A DNA stretch of 64,000 nucleotides from Convolutriloba macropyga. Lineage: Eukaryota. The position numbers and the translations under genes were made by a program. The stretch is from the NCBI RefSeq assembly GCF_964194025.1, contig NC_134480.1, positions 27,528,001 to 27,592,000 of the forward strand, read 5' to 3'. How positions within the stretch are numbered: the stretch's first letter is position 1; every line of letters begins with the position of its first letter. The notes under the pieces are model-generated. The model searched no databases, had not been told where the DNA came from, and saw nothing but the letters and a program-made list of their open reading frames with translations. This document shows positions 48,880 to 63,617 of this stretch, piece by piece.

Positions 48880-50840
48880 ATTGAAAATTGCGGTAGAAGT
48901 AGCATTTTGTTAAATTAGTCTCTCGAAAAACCTTCCTTCGAGATGCACGTGAAATGAGATGTTTTAGTTTTATCGGTACTTTTTGCATTTAACTATGTTG
49001 AGCAAAATGAGTAGCAAAAGGAAAACTCTTCTCCCGAAAGTCTTTTTCTGAATATGCTTGTAAAACAATTATATTTTAGTTTTTCTCCACCTTTTGCAGT
49101 TCTCCAGGTTGTATCAACTATATGCAGTGTGACTTATATCACCGTTAAGTCACACTAACTATATGACCCGCGATTTATATCAAAATTTTACCTGGGGTAA
49201 AAAATTATATAAATATTGCGATCATATGAAAAGCCTCTCTCTATCACACACACACTCTCTCTCTCTCTCTCTGTCCCTCCTTCCCTCCCTTCCGGCCTGC
49301 CTGCCTCCCTCCCTCCCTCCACTCCACTCGCACTCCACTCCATCAATCCATCAATCCCTCCCTCTATCCCTCTCCCGCGCTCTCTCCCTCTCTCTGTCTA
49401 TTGTTCTTAAGATGCTTGTGGAATGAGGGATTTCAGTTTTTCGCAAAATTATATAGGTTGTGCAATCTGGGTAACTGCGAAATGAGACGAAAAAACTGAA
49501 ATAAAGTGTGATAATGACAACTTCAGTGGAATAAAAAAATTGAGACAATAGTTGCGATTAATTAAGAGTCTTCTCTCGAAAGTCTTCTTTGTCTCGAGAT
49601 GCTTTCGAAATGAGATATTTTAATTTCATTGGTACTTTTGGCATTTAACTTAAGTTGTGTCAACTACGAGAACTTTGAAAACATTAATATTGCAATTCCC
49701 CGGGTTGTATCAACTATATGCGGTGTAATTTATTTCTAAACTCGAGCAAAGTCAAAAATTGCGATAAGAGCTGCGATTAGTTAAAATTCTTCTCCCGAAA
49801 GTCTTCTTGCTCTCGAGATGCTAGTGAAATCAGAAATTCTGGTTTTTTCTTCACTTGTTGCAGTTCCCTAAGTTGTATCAACTATATGCGGAGCAAATTA
49901 TAAAGCTAAAAAAAATCTTTTCACTCGACAGTCTTGCTTTTCTCGAGATGCTTGTGAAATGAGATATTTTAGTTTCACCCGTACTTTTGGCATATAAGTT
50001 GGTTGTGTCAGCTAGTCAAACAGTGATTCATATCAAAATTGCAGCGGAATAAAAAAAAATGCAATTAAATTTGCGAGCAAAAAAAAACAATCTCTAACAG
50101 CTTTCTATTTCTCGACGTTCTGTGAAAAAAGAAATTTTTGCACTTTGGGCAGTTATTTAAGTTACACTAACTAAATGAACTGCGATTTATATCAAAATTA
50201 CACCAGAGTAAAAACAATCCGATAAAAGTTTCTCATTTACCCGTTTCGCTAAATTTCTCAGATTGTACCAACTATATGACGCGTGATTGCCAAAATTCCA
50301 GTGGAATCGCAGAATTGAAACGAAAGAACTCTCCTGAAAGTCTTCTTTTTCTCGACATGCTTATGAACTGAGATAAATCAGTAACATCGCTACTTTTTGC
50401 ACTTCACTGGGTTGCACCAAAAATGTGCGAAGCAGAACTGAAAAAGGCAATAAAACTTGCCATTAAGAAAAAACTCCACTCGAAAACCTTCTATTTATAA
50501 AGGTGCTCGTAAAATCAGATAGTTTTTTGACACTTTTTGCAGTTTCTTATATTTTAAAAATTATATGCAGTGTGATTTATATCCCAATTCCAGCTGAATC
50601 AGAAAATTACAATAAAGTTGCCATTTGGTAAAAAGTTTTCTCTGGAAAGTCTTCTATTTCTTGAGATGCTTAAAAAATGAGATAGTCTAATTCAAAATTT
50701 CAAGATTAATTTTAGCAAGCAAGTGGACTCCGACTGTGAAACTGCCAAACGTTTGGTCAGAATGTAAGATTTCAAAAGTTTGCAAATTGAGTTGAGACTG
50801 ACTTATCTCTCTATCAAAATCAAAAATGATTGTTGTTGCT
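48880..50840. repeat. Degenerate tandem array (units roughly 120-240 bp)
   Basis: Recurring ctctcgaaagtcttct..ctcgagatgc..gaaatgagat and gttgtatcaactatatgc. The same family occurs at about 32330-32680, left of the LTR element, and at about 57690-57960. Confidence 0.75.
49235..49399. repeat. CA/CT microsatellite and pyrimidine tract
   Basis: (ca)n(ct)n followed by ccct-type repeats. Confidence 0.9.
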
Positions 50841-50999
50841 TATCATACAATAGTCCCTAAGGTCAAACTAAATCATATCGATTCTTCCTAATCATTGGAT
50901 GCCATATATGAATTGTATGATATCTTAGTAGTCACACAAGGATCAATGAAAAGTTTATGTAACAAGAAAATGTATCCCAGTCGGAGGTACTCGCTGTGA

Positions 51000-51230
51000 A
51001 CAATGATCAAAAGAACGCAGAAAAAAATAAGCCATGATCAGATAATCAAGATAACTAATGATCTATGATATGTACAAACCTTGTTTATGATCAGACGAGT
51101 TTTGTTCATAATCAAGTCCTTTTTCATGATCAGACGCAACTCGCTTCTGATCAGACGCAGCCGCGTTCAAGATCAGCTAATTCCCCGTTGATGATCAGAC
51201 ATTCAAAAAATCAGACATAATCAGATGCTA
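51000..51230. repeat. Short-period TGATCAGAC-type repeat cluster
   Basis: About a dozen (t)gatca/aatca-gac motifs in 230 bp. Confidence 0.6.
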
Positions 51231-54200
51231 GCCTTAAACAAGTGTATGCATTTAACTGTATATAATTGCTTAATTGTTATTTGCCCATCTTTAGCGTCTT
51301 TCAGGTCTTAATGGAAAACTCAAAAAAGGTTGTCAAAAGAGCAAATATGCCAACGCCCAAAGCAGCAAGAGAAGTGATGCGGCAGTTGCGAAACCCAAGC
51401 AAAAATAGAGGGAGCGACAACTAGGCTTTCTTAAGCGAGAAAAGTTTGGCAAGTGGTTTGCTTGAACAAAGCAGAGTCTGAGCATTGCAAAAGCACAACT
51501 ACTGCAAAACCAGACTTTCAATGCAAACGAAATCAGTGAGTCGTGTAATTTTGTTAACATGGTTTTGTTTTAGGTCTAGTGAAAGCAGAAAAAAACTTAA
51601 ATTTTTCATCTATCTCAAAAAATTGAAATTGTTGAGTTAATTTCCAAAAAGTGGAAAACCCCATTTTGTTGTTTTTTTGCAAAAAACTTGACTTGACGCT
51701 ACCGGTTTTGGTTCTTAAAGGTATTGAGAAATCGAGCAAAACGTTTATTTCCAACCACCCAGTCGAAAAGGACAATAATGATGGCTGACTTCAAAAAAAC
51801 TGGTAACAAATTTGACTCCCTCCCGGATGGTTTTTGAAGACAGCAATTTCAAAGTCAGAACCGAAAGAGGTGTGGGTTCTGGTTGTTCTGAAAAAAACTA
51901 TTTGTAGGGCAATTTTAGTTTTGGTGGGAACCTTCTATGTGTGATGAAATCCGCCAAAGCAGGACGTCAAAGCTGGATTGCAGAAATCTCAACAAGCTTT
52001 TCCATTTGCCATTTAATTCCAGACAAAGTTTTTGCATTTCCCTTATTGGTATAGTGTTAAAGCCAAAGGACTTGTCTGCGATTCTATGGTATCTCGATAA
52101 GACATGCTTTACAAAAACTTCCATATAATTGGCAAAAAGGGTTGACACATTTAAGCACAGCTCTCTTCTTTATACACGCCGAGACTGTTTTGCAATTGGG
52201 ACACACTCAGTCCCAACCAAGTGCCTTCACCTGAATCTTGTAAGACAATCGATTTTTGAAATTCTACTTTAATCGAACATCTAATGACACTTAAAGTGGA
52301 TCCCGAAGAAGGAAACGAGTAAAACCTTTAACACCATCAGGTTGAGATTGAATGGGGCAACGAATGGCGAATGAGAACAAACTTTCGATATTTAAAGCCT
52401 CCATTTTTAGATCGAATTGATTGCCGACTAGTGTTTGATTTCAGTCGATAAAATTCGAGATTAGGCACTACATAGCAGAAGCTACGAGAAATCCTTTGCA
52501 TTCGGACCTTGAATACATCTAACTTTTCAGGATTGCTCTCATTTTCTATCGAACTTCAAATTGCATCCTAAGTGTTTTTCGAGCTTCTGAATTTCTTTTT
52601 CTTAAGCTCCACTGACAGAAGTGTTTGAGTGCTAACTTCCTTAGTGTAATTTCTACCTTCAGATCAAAAATGAATACTGAGCAACCTGGAGTTACCGCCA
52701 GAAGTTAACAACCGCCATTAAACAAGGGTGTCAAATTAAGCCACCAAGAAGCTGACCTGAAACCCGAAAAGGTAGCCAAACTAAAAACTAGGAAAACTAA
52801 ATCTGAGAAAGGGCACTTTTGACCTTCTAGACATCGGACAATGGAACGTTTGAGGGAAACTTTGTGGCAATGGCAGCACAAAAATACAAGAAGCAAACCA
52901 GTAAAATGGTGACTGAAAAAATGACATTCAACCAAGATCAACCTCATCACGAAATGAGCAACGTGTCAAAAGTGCCATAAACACTTTTTTTAGATAAAAA
53001 AATTCAACAACCTAAATAAATGGAATTAAGCGCCTTTTCGTTAGAAATAACGAGAACTTCTCTAATACCGAAGGAGTAAGATGACCCACCAGTGGTAGAG
53101 CAAAACAGAGAAAATAGGGCCAGGAAAAAAAATGACTCCCTTAGAATCCGAGTTTCGAGCATAATCCGAGACTCGGTCACAATCCGATGCTAGCCTTCAA
53201 CAAGTGTATGCATCTAACTTGATGTAATTGCTTGAGCGTTCTTTGCCTATATTCATCGTTTCTTCAGGTCTTAAGGGAAAACTCAAAATAGGTTGCCGAA
53301 AGAGCAAATATGCTAGTGCCCAAAACAACGCAGAAAGATGTGACGGGGGATGGGGCAGTTTGAAAGCGCGAGCAAAATTAAGGTGAGCGACAACTTGCAA
53401 GGAGAGAAACTAGGCAAGTGTTTTACTTGGACAAAGCAGAATGAGTAATGCAAAAGCACGAAGTTTTTGCCTTTTCCTTATTGGTAGAGTGTAAAAGCGA
53501 AAAGAATTTCTTGGGATCGAGTCTATGGTAACTCGACAAGACATGCTTTGCAAAAAAACTTCAAAAAATGGATAAAGAGGTTAACACAACTAAGCACAGC
53601 TCTTCGTACACGCCGAGGTTGTTTGGCAATTGGGACAGACACTCAGTCCCAAACTACTGTCTTCAACTGAATCTTGAAACATAATTGATTTTGGAAAATC
53701 TACTTTAAGCGAACATCTAATAACATTCAACATGGATTCCGAAGAAAAGCGTAAAACCTTTTATACCAACAATTGAGATGGAAAGGGGCAACGAAAAGCG
53801 AATGGGAACAGACTTTCGACATTTAAAGCCTCCATTTTCAGATAGGATAGATTGCCGAGTTTTGTTCGATTTCAGTTGATAAAAGCCAAGATTAGGCACT
53901 ACATAGCAGAAGCTACGAGTAATCCTTTGCTTTCAAAAGTTCGGACCTTGAAAATATCTAACTTATCAGGATTGCTCTCATTTTCTATCGAACTTCAAAT
54001 TGCATCGCAATTGTTTTTCGAGCTTCTGAAGTTCTTTCCTTACGTTCCACTGACAAAAGGCTTTGATTGTTAAATTTCTTAGTGTATTTTCTACCTTCAA
54101 ATCAAAAATGAATACTGAGAAGCCTGGATTTACCACCAGAAGTTCCCAGCCACCATTGAACAAGGGTGTCAAATTAGGCCAACAAGAAGCTGACCCGAAA

Positions 54201-57200
54201 CTCGAAAAGTCGGCCGAACTAAAATGGTTTTTATGTCCTAAGAAGAGTGCCCAATCACGCTAATGCCGAATGACTGCAATTGGCCAGAGCTAAGTTTATA
54301 GGAAAAACTAGTGGAACGTTTGAAGGAAAATTTGTGGAAATGGTTAAACGAAAATACGAGAGGCAAACCAGTAAAATGGTGACTGACAAAATCACATTAA
54401 ACCAAGATCAGCCTCTTGGCTAAAGGAGCAACGTGTAAAAACTGCCAAAAAACATTTTTACAGATAAAAGAATGGAATTACGCGCTGATAATGGATAACT
54501 TCTCTGATAATGCAGGAGCAAGATGACCCACCAGGGGTAGAGCCCAACAATAAAGAAAACATTGACTCCCTTAGAGTCTGAGATTCGGGCATAATCCGAG
54601 ATTCGGTCATAATCAGATGCTAGCCTTAAAAAGTGTATGCATTTAACTTTATGTAGTTGCTCAAGTGTTTTTTGCCCATCTTTAGCGTTTCTTCAAGTTC
54701 TAACGGAAAACTTAAAAACGGTTGTCGAAACAGCAAATATATCAGTGCCCAAAACAACGCAGCAACAGAAATGATCGGACAGTTGCGAATCGCAAGCAAA
54801 ATTACGGGGAGTGACAACTGGGCTTTCTTGAACTAGAAAAACTTGGCAAGTGCTTTGCTTGGACAAAGCAGAATGTGTAATTCAAAAGCACAACTACTGC
54901 ACAACCACGTGTTTTAAGGCAAACGAAGACAGTGAGTCGTGTAAATTTCTTAACATAGTTCTGCTTTAAGTCTAGTGAAGCAGAAGAAAACTTAAATTTT
55001 CCATCTATCTCAAAAGTTTGCCATTGTTGAGTTAATTTCCAAAAAAACTTTCCATGAAGTGGATTTTCAAAAAACAGCCCGCTTTGTTTTTTTTGCTGAA
55101 AACATGATTTGAGGCCATCGGTTTTAGTTATAGGTGCTTGAGGGTTTTGAGAAATAGAGCAAAACGTTTATTTAGAACCACCTAGACAAAAAGGACAAAA
55201 AACAAGGTCTACTTCAGCAAAAATTGGTAACAAATTTGATTTCCTCCTGGAACGTTTTTGGTGACAGCAATTTTAAAGTCAGAACCGAAAGATAATTGGG
55301 CTGTGGTTGTTCTGAAAAAATATTCGCAGGGCAAAGCACGAGGTCAAGGCTGGATTGCCGAATTCTTAAAAAGCTTTTCGACTAGCCATTTTATTTCAGA
55401 CAAAGTTTTTGCCTTTCCCTTAATGGTCGTGTAAAAGCGGAAGGACTTGTCTGCGATCGATTCTATAGTAACTGGATAAGACATGCTTTACAAAAACTTT
55501 TTCAAAAAAATGGATAAAGAGGTTAACACAACTGAGCACAGCTCTTCGTCTTACACGCCGAGGTTATTTTGTAATTGGGACATACACTCAATCCCAGCCT
55601 AGTGTCTTCAACTGAATCTTGAAACAAAATTGAGTGTGGAAAATCTACTTTAATCGAACATCTAATAACATTCAACATGGATTCCGAAGAAAAGCGTAAA
55701 ACCTTTTAAACCATCAGGTTGAGATGGAAAGGGGCAACGAAAAGCGAATGAGAACAGACTTTCGACATTTAAAGCCTTCGTTTTCAGATCAGTTCGATTG
55801 ACGATTAGTGTTTGTTTCAGTCGACAAAAGCCAAGATTAGGCACCACATAGCAGAAGCTACGAGAATATCCTTAGCTTTCGTGATTTCGGACCTTGAAAA
55901 CATATCAACCTGTTCAGGATTGCTCTCTTTTTCTATCGAACCTCAAAATTGCATCGCAATTGTTTTTCGAGCTTCTGAATTTCTTTTTCTTACGGTCCAC
56001 TGACAGAAGTGCTTGATTGCTAACTTTTTTAGTGCATTGTCTACCTTCAGATCAAAATGAATTTTGAGGAACCCAGAGTTACCGCTAGAAACTCAAAACT
56101 GCCATTAAACAAGCGTGTCGAATTCAGCCAGCAGAGGCTGACCCAAAAAGACAAAAGATAAAATGCTCTCTTAGGTCTTAAGACGCGCGCCATTCACGCT
56201 TGTACCGTAACGAATGGTTTCAATTGGCCAGAGCTAAGTATACAGGAAAAACTCAATCTGAGAAATGGTACCGTTTTGACCTTCCAGACATCGGACAAAA
56301 GAAGCTTTGAGGGAAGTTTTGTGTCAATGGTAAAACGAAAATACGAGAATCAAACTAGTAAAATGGTGACTGACAAAATCACATTCAACCAAGATCAGCC
56401 TCTTCAAGAAATGAGCAACGTGCCAAAATTGCAATGATTATTTGTTTTTTTTTACAAGAAACAAAATTTTGAACAGCCTTAAGAAATGGAACCAGGGGCA
56501 TTTCATTAGAACTAACAAAACTTCTCTGATACTGGAGGAGCAAGATGACCCACCAGTGGTAGAGCCAAACAAAAAAGAAAATAGTGCCAAACAAAAAGAA
56601 AACAATGACTCACATAGAATCTGAGATTTGTCTGTAGTTACAATTGAAGCGAGCAACCGTAAGACACATTTTCCTTTCATCGTCAAAGGAATCTTTGATT
56701 CCTTAAATATTCACGTGTTCGCATTGGTTGCCAAAGAAAAATTTCAAAATAAACAACGGGTAGATCAATGATTCCTCAGTTAACTTTAGGAACTCTCTTC
56801 TTTTCGGAATTTGCTTGGGAGCTTGCTTATCATTAGTCTTGGCAAAAAACACCATTCAATGACATTGTTTAATAACCTGCTCACACTTGCTCTCAAAATA
56901 AAGAACTTCTGTATCACTTTGCCGAAGAATTTTAAAGTCAGAACCGAAAGTTAATTGGGCTCTGGTTGTTCTGAAAAAATACTCGTAGGCCAAAGCAGGA
57001 GGTCAAGGCTGGATTGCCGAATTCTTAAAATAAAGAACTTCTGTATCACTTTGCCGAAGATTTTAGAGAATTTAACAATCTTAACGAATCAAATATGAAA
57101 AACCTGATAAAACAGAACGTCTAACTTCGAAAAAGAACGCCGAAGAAGAAAAATGTCTAACAAGAAACAACGACAGGCAATTCAGCTGGCGAAAGTTTGG

Positions 57201-58950
57201 TAATTAGAAGAATTGCTGCACGGGGAGACAAACTTGATAAAATATACGCTGGTATGATCAGTTAACGTTTGGAAGGCAGTAGGCAGCAGATTTGTTGAAA
57301 GTGGCACGATCTGCGAGCTCGTTAATGCTGGGAGCAAGAAAATTCAAATGGCATCCAGAGGAAAGTGTGAATCTCCAAGAGATGAGCTTTTCAAACGAGT
57401 GACCTCAATACTCCGAAAGTTTAAAAAACTTAAAATCTTTTTGATAAAAGCTCCATGCCAATCAATGATGTTTTCCAAACAAAAGTTTGCTTTAAGTGTT
57501 TCACGCAAATGTTTCCTAATAACTTCCCTCAAAATTTTTGTTCTTGCTATCAACGGACCGACCAAGTATGTTGCCGAAAAGAAGCAGAAGTTACTTCTGG
57601 AAAAAACGAATGTCAGCGACGTCTTAATGAAGTCCAAGACACATCTTTTCAGTTTTCGATTAAGATTGAATCAGTCGCTCCGTTTCTAGAGGTGAGTGTG
57701 AAATGAGATTATTTTTGCCACTTATTGCAGTACCCTATATTGAAAATTAATTATAAGCAGTGTGATTTATATTCTAATTCAAGCTGAATAAGAAAATTCC
57801 AATAAAGTTGCAATTTGGTAAGAAAAAACTTCTCTCTAAAGTCTTCTACTATATCTTGAGATGCTTAAAAAATGAGATGGTCAATTGTAAAAATGCAAAA
57901 TCAATTTTACCAAGCAAATATAATGTGAAACTGCAAGAAATTTGGTCAGAATGTGTGATTTCAAAAGTTTTGCTTCAAGTCTTGAGGAGAAACTTAAATT
58001 TTCTATCTATCTCAAAGTGTATTTCCGGAAACGCTCCATGGAACGAATTCACGAATAACAGCCCGTTAAGTTGTTTTTTTTCAAAAAAAAACTTGATTTG
58101 AGACTATCGGTTTTAATTACAGGTTTTTACAGGTATCGAGAAATTGAGCAAAACAACGTTTATTTCCAGCCGCCCAGACTAAAAAGAAAATCACCATTGT
58201 CGACTACAGCAAGAGTTGGTAACAAATGCGCTTCCCTCCTTGAACGCTTTTGATAATAGGATTTTCAAGGTCACAACCGAAAGATACTTGGGCTGCGGTT
58301 TTGAAAAAAATGATTTTAGGGCAACCACTGTTTTGGTGGGAACATTCTTTGTGATTAACTGCGCCAAAGCAGGAGGTCAAAGTTGGATAGCCGCAATCTT
58401 AAAAAGCCTTTCGATGAGCCACTTTATTCCAGACAACAATTTGCCTTTCCCCTACTGGTATAGTGTTAAAGCGAACGCACCTGTCAGACCAATTCAACGG
58501 TAACTCGATAAGACATGCTTTACAAAAACTTCCAAAAAAATGGCTAAAGACGTTAACACAACTAAGCACAGCTCTGTACGTTGTACAGGCCGAGGCTGTT
58601 TTGCATTTGTGACATTCACTCAGTCCCAAACTAACCTCTTCAACTGAGTCTTGTAAGATAACTAATTTTGCAAAAATCCACGTTAATCGAATATCTAATA
58701 ACATTTAACCTGGACCCCGAAAAAAGCAAAGAGTACGACGTTAGAGAGAAACAGCTTAAATTGTGCAACGAAAAGCGAATGAAAACGAACTTCTTTTTAT
58801 TTACAGCCTCCGTGTTCATGTCGATTTGATAACTGAGTAGTTTTTGAGTTCAGTCGATAAAGGCCAAGATTAGGCACTATATAGCAGCAGCTAAGAGAAG
58901 TTCCTTAGCTTTTGTGATTGTGGACCCTGAAAACTTCTCAAACTGTTCAG
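51220..58950. repeat. Tandem segmental array of diverged 1.4-2-kb units (three clear copies plus a partial fourth)
   Basis: Units start gatgctagcctt at about 51224, 53187 and 54615; the shared core (agacatgcttt, aagcacagctct, gattaggcac) recurs at about 58030-58950. Confidence 0.9.
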
Positions 58951-60283
58951 AATCCCGCAAATAATTCTTCGATGGTAGATTTTCCAGAAAATCTCAACTC
59001 TTAACGAGGCTTCAAAGGACCTACCAAAGTTCGGGACACAATTCGTGAACTGCCCTTAATAGCTCCAATTGATTACATGCACAAATTCTCCGGGAGTTTC
59101 AAAGGGCTCTTCTTTATGTTAAAAAGAAAGCTGCGGCAAATTTTTGCTGCAGTGAACTTGCCAGTGAACAAAGCTTCCAAGGGGTTTCAAGATGAAAGCA
59201 AAAGCTCTATGAGTTTGACTACTTCGCAGCTAGAGATTAAAGTGAGTCAACTGTTGGACTCAACGTTCTTTGCAAGCGAACGGATCAGTATCTTTACAAC
59301 CATTTCCATCTTCCGGGATTCAGCAGCAGAACACTTTTGCGTACAAGGAAGTTTGTAACTGAAGCAGAAGCTCTCATTCAGGTTTACATCAGGAAACGGA
59401 AGAAGCCTTTGGTAATGAAGTGTTTACAAATGCACTTCATGGACCATCTTTTGTGGCCAGTGGAACAGTATGACCCCTTGTGCACATCGGCAATGATGTT
59501 TCAGTCTACCAAATATCTTTCGAAAACAGAACTTCACCGGAATGGTTAATCATTTTCGCCCACTCGCTGAACGATATCAACAAAAAGAGCATCAACAAAA
59601 ATTTAGCTCTGAGATGGCGGTACTGCAGTCAGAGGCGAGCGCACAAAATAGCCGCAACTTCAGACAGAGTTAAGGGCCAGTACTTCCTAACTGATACAAC
59701 CAAGCAATCTCTAGCAGTTCTCTAGAGTTTAAAATCGTTCGTAATTAAAAGCCCGAAAATATCTGCTTCCGTGAAGCCTTCTGAAATTATTCATTTTTCA
59801 AGTCTTTGTTGTAACTCCTGTTGTGTACTTTTTTAAAGCGCTTTCAAAGACAGAATTGATCAATGCTGGAACTTTTCTATCGCTCTTAATCATTAAAGAG
59901 TGATAGAAAATACTGTAGAGACCAAATTGGTTGTTGTCCCTTAACATAAAGTTTCTGAACATCATCAACCTGTAGTTACCTCTTATTCGACCGTAGTTGT
60001 TTTAGTTGTCACGCTACAAATTTATGATAATTGGAACGTCATTTTTATCGGGTGCAAAATGCCGTGATTAGGTTTTTGACACTGATGGGTGAAAAAAATG
60101 CACAGCGGAATGGAAAATCCGACCATTACTTGAAAACATAAGCTGTAAAAATTTTAAACTAGGTGACCCACAAAAAGTTTGGGGGCGCAAGAAATTTCAG
60201 TGTCACCTACTGTTATGCGCTCAATCGGAAATTAGGAGATGAGTTATGGGTGCTGCTGTTGTTTCCACAAAATGGCCATAAAA

Positions 60284-60629
60284 TCACTACCTCAGCGACC
60301 ATAAAATGGTCAATCCTTGCTATAACTTAAATATAAGATAGTGCCATCGCTACAATATGATGGTCATTTTATGGTATTGTTACCATAGCATTACCAAAAA
60401 TGATACCATCGTTACCAAAGAATAATGATATATTTTAATGGCTTGAAGAAAAATTTGATTAGTGAAGTTATAAGTTATGGATTAAGCGTTAATTTTCAAT
60501 TGTATGGCTGAAGAGTAACCATAAGATGGTAAGTTTTGGAAATATCGTTACCATAGTAAGATCATGATAGAAAATTTTTTATGGCAGTTATCGACCATAA
60601 TAAGATCATATTATGGCAACGGTGGTAGG
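60284..60629. mobile_element. MITE-like element with accataa subrepeats
   Basis: Imperfect inverted ends ctacc..ccataa / ttatgg..ggtag; internal accataa..atggt motifs. Confidence 0.45.
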
Positions 60630-61903
60630 TCAATCCGCGTTGTAAAAAATAGGCTTATTTTAAAATCCAGCTGAGATGCGGTCGACTATAAACAGGAAAC
60701 GGACATGAACAACAAAGGTTAGCGCAGATCTCAGCCATATCAGACTGAAACCAAATTGCTCTGACGTCAATATATCACATCGTTGTAAAAAATAAAATTA
60801 ACCCTAAATTGAGAAAGGTGTTCGATTATTCATTCAAAAAGGCCTTAAATTTTTCCGCTTACCCGGACAACTCACTGTGAAAGCAAAATTATTGTCTTAT
60901 ATTATTATTATTTTTTTTGTCATAAAACCTAATCAAAACTGCGTTTTTTAATTCCGCACTTATTGAACAGAATTAAAAATACAAGTATGCTTAAACACAA
61001 ATGAGAAATTGGTCACGTTAGTATTGAGCAAATGGTTACAAAACCCCATCCTTCTTGTTTTTTCATTTGAACTCTTTCAATGTTGATTTATTATTAATGT
61101 CCTTTACATTTTTAGGCGTGCGTGCTTATGTGGGCCTCAAAGTATGCTAATAGACACCATTAAAGCATAAAACATAAAACCAAAATTAAAATTAAAACAA
61201 AATTAACCATAAAAAATTTGAAAGCGGATGCCCACCTCACTGAGTTAGAGTTCTCCTTGTGGTGAAGGTACACTAAGAGCCTACCTAAAGTCAAATCGAT
61301 CAGATTAAAAGTCTCAATGGGACTCAAATAATTGCTACAAAGTTTGTTCCAGAAAATTGAAGATATTACAAGTGATAGGGGAGCTATTATAGGACAAATA
61401 GCCAGTTTCACAAAAACATTAGCAACATATATTTCAATAAAATGTAAAACAAATATATACAAATAATATGGCAAGCTACGATGCAACTTTCAATCAGTAG
61501 ACAACGGATCAAAAATACACATATATAGATTAGATACACGTGAACAACATCATAAAGACTGCTCAGCAGAATTAAATGATAAATCCAGTCAGCAAGACAA
61601 TAGAGACAAACAAACGTGGTTTATTGTTAATTTACAAAATAATTGGTGGAATTAATTACTTACTGTGACCTTAAATTTGGCACTAGTGGTATTAGCAGTT
61701 AATGCTCAGTTATTACCAACCAGTTAGCTCAATACACAATTAGGCCCTTTCCCATAGAAATCATCATTTGAGTATACACATAGAGAACTTTCTTACTTAG
61801 CTATTCTAGACTGGAACTCAAAGATAAGTTGACACAGGAAATAAAAACACGCAGCAATCTTACTAAGTTATAATTAATTACAATATGGGGAAGGAACCTG
61901 AAT

Positions 61904-62193
61904 TTAGCACCCGTTTCCTCCTAAAATAACCCAACATTGGAAGTTGCGGTTCATCATTAACACAAGATAGACAAAACTGAACAAATACATCAACACAAAA
62001 CAAGTAAAGTAGATTTTGGCTTGAAGCTTTGACTTCCCCAGTTCCTTTTTGAGACGTTGCACGTGATGCTTTTCTGTTGGACAGAGGAACATGATCGCAG
62101 CTAGACAGACAATGTTGAGAAGATAAATTGCGAAGACAGATGCAAATACGTTAAATCTATCGTCAGAGCTATCTCTGAAATACCGCTCGTCAT
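61904..62193 (-). CDS. Probable terminal exon of a multi-pass membrane protein
   Basis: tttcag acceptor, then an open frame DERYFRDSSDDRFNVFASVFAIYLLNIVCLAAIMFLC...IYFTCFVLMYLFSFVYLVLMM...CWVILGGNGC-stop with two TM-like segments. Confidence 0.5.
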
Positions 62194-62804
62194 CTGAAAT
62201 ACAAGCGAAGTAGTTTAGCTAGCTTTTTAACTGCTTCAACAAAAAACATAGCTGTCAGATAGTGCAAATAGCTGCAAAATTGTCCTGCGTGCCGTATAAA
62301 ACAGATAGAAACAGACAGATATAGGTTGAAAAGAGTTATCGCCGCGGCTCAAAAAGCTATATAAAAAACATTCATCGATAAACTAAAAAGGATTACTAAA
62401 ATTCACTCCGCAGTATTACTAAAATTCACCCCAATAAAGCATTTTTATTGGGGACCTTTATTACACATTTGAGTTCATTTGACATCAAACTAATTCAAAT
62501 TAAACTTCGATTTTAAAGTAAAAAAGTGATTTTATTCAGTGATTTAAGTCACATATGATAACAAAATCTTATCATGCAAATAGCACAAAACCTTTTGCCA
62601 GAGAGAGTGAGAAATGACGCCGCGAGTCATTCAGAAAATTGACGTTTTGAGCTTTGCTGTGTGCACAAATGTAAAACGAAAAAAGAGCGTCAGACGACGG
62701 ATTGAGAAATAAATCAACTAACATCGGATGAATTGCTCTTCAACAGCCGGCAGGGGCAATTTAATTTAGGTGTGTAGCATAGAAATTATTTGTTTGCAAA
62801 AATT

Positions 62805-62870
62805 CGGACCTGAAAGGGATTCGAACCCGCGACCTCCGGGATAGCAGTCAGACATTTGAAGCACCATGAT
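62805..62870 (-). ncRNA. tRNA-derived fragment (SINE head or pseudo-tRNA)
   Basis: On the - strand: ...ggaggtcgcGGGTTCGAATCCCtttcaggtccg; 5' half degenerate. Confidence 0.45.
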
Positions 62871-63259
62871 CGTTGTTTCTCAACCTTTACAATCACTTTA
62901 ATAAGATCAACAAACTTCATTTCAGCACCAGAACGAGTGAAATCAATCAAAATGAAAAGTGAAGCTTAAAAAAGTCAGAGAAAATTCAGTAACAAAAGCG
63001 CAAAATGGTCAAAAAGTTTTGCATAACAAAGACCAACACTTGTGCAGCAGTTGAATCAAACTTCGTTCCAGAGAAACTAAAAACATAGCCATAATTCAAA
63101 TAACGACCCAAATTAGAAAATGACAGCCTTTACAGGCATAATTTTAAAAAGAACAGAAAAGTAAAAAAAAATGATTGATGTAAGAAAAGTATTTTTTTTA
63201 ATAGCGAATTGATTTGTTTTCACATTGTTGTTAGATATACTCTTGCTACTTAATGTACA

Positions 63260-63617
63260 TAATGAGAGGAGACAGGGGCCAGTATCAAAACCAATAAACA
63301 ATAGAGATGGTAAATGTAACTCATAAAAACAAACTTCAAGAAGAGGGCATCTAAAATTGGGCTTTATGGTTTTATCCTGTTTCTATTTTTGGTTTCGTTT
63401 TTTATGACTCCTCTCATTTTAGGTTGCTTCGCTGAGCAACTGCTATTTAAAAGCATATTGATCAGAATGAGAGAAGAGTGAAATTAGCCAGAAGAAGTCA
63501 AAAATAATTCATGCACGTCGAAAAAGCGGTAAAATGAGGAAAAGCGAAACAAAATTTGACAAAGTTTAAAAAAGAGTAGCGCAATATTAGCCAGCTAAGA
63601 AATTGAAGTCGGCTATT
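63260..63617 (-). mobile_element. Internally deleted HINE-like family A copy
   Basis: Shares gcatctaaaattgggctttatgg and gaatgagagaaga blocks; ends in a tagcc...ggctatt hairpin. Confidence 0.5.

Noticed and set aside
57100-59900. Possible decayed NACHT/NLR-like coding remnants on the - strand
   Set aside because: Coding-like composition, but no Walker A/B motif could be read.
61160-61486. 108-aa hydrophobic ORF
   Set aside because: Hydrophobicity is explained by T-rich composition; TTG start and no splice or motif support.
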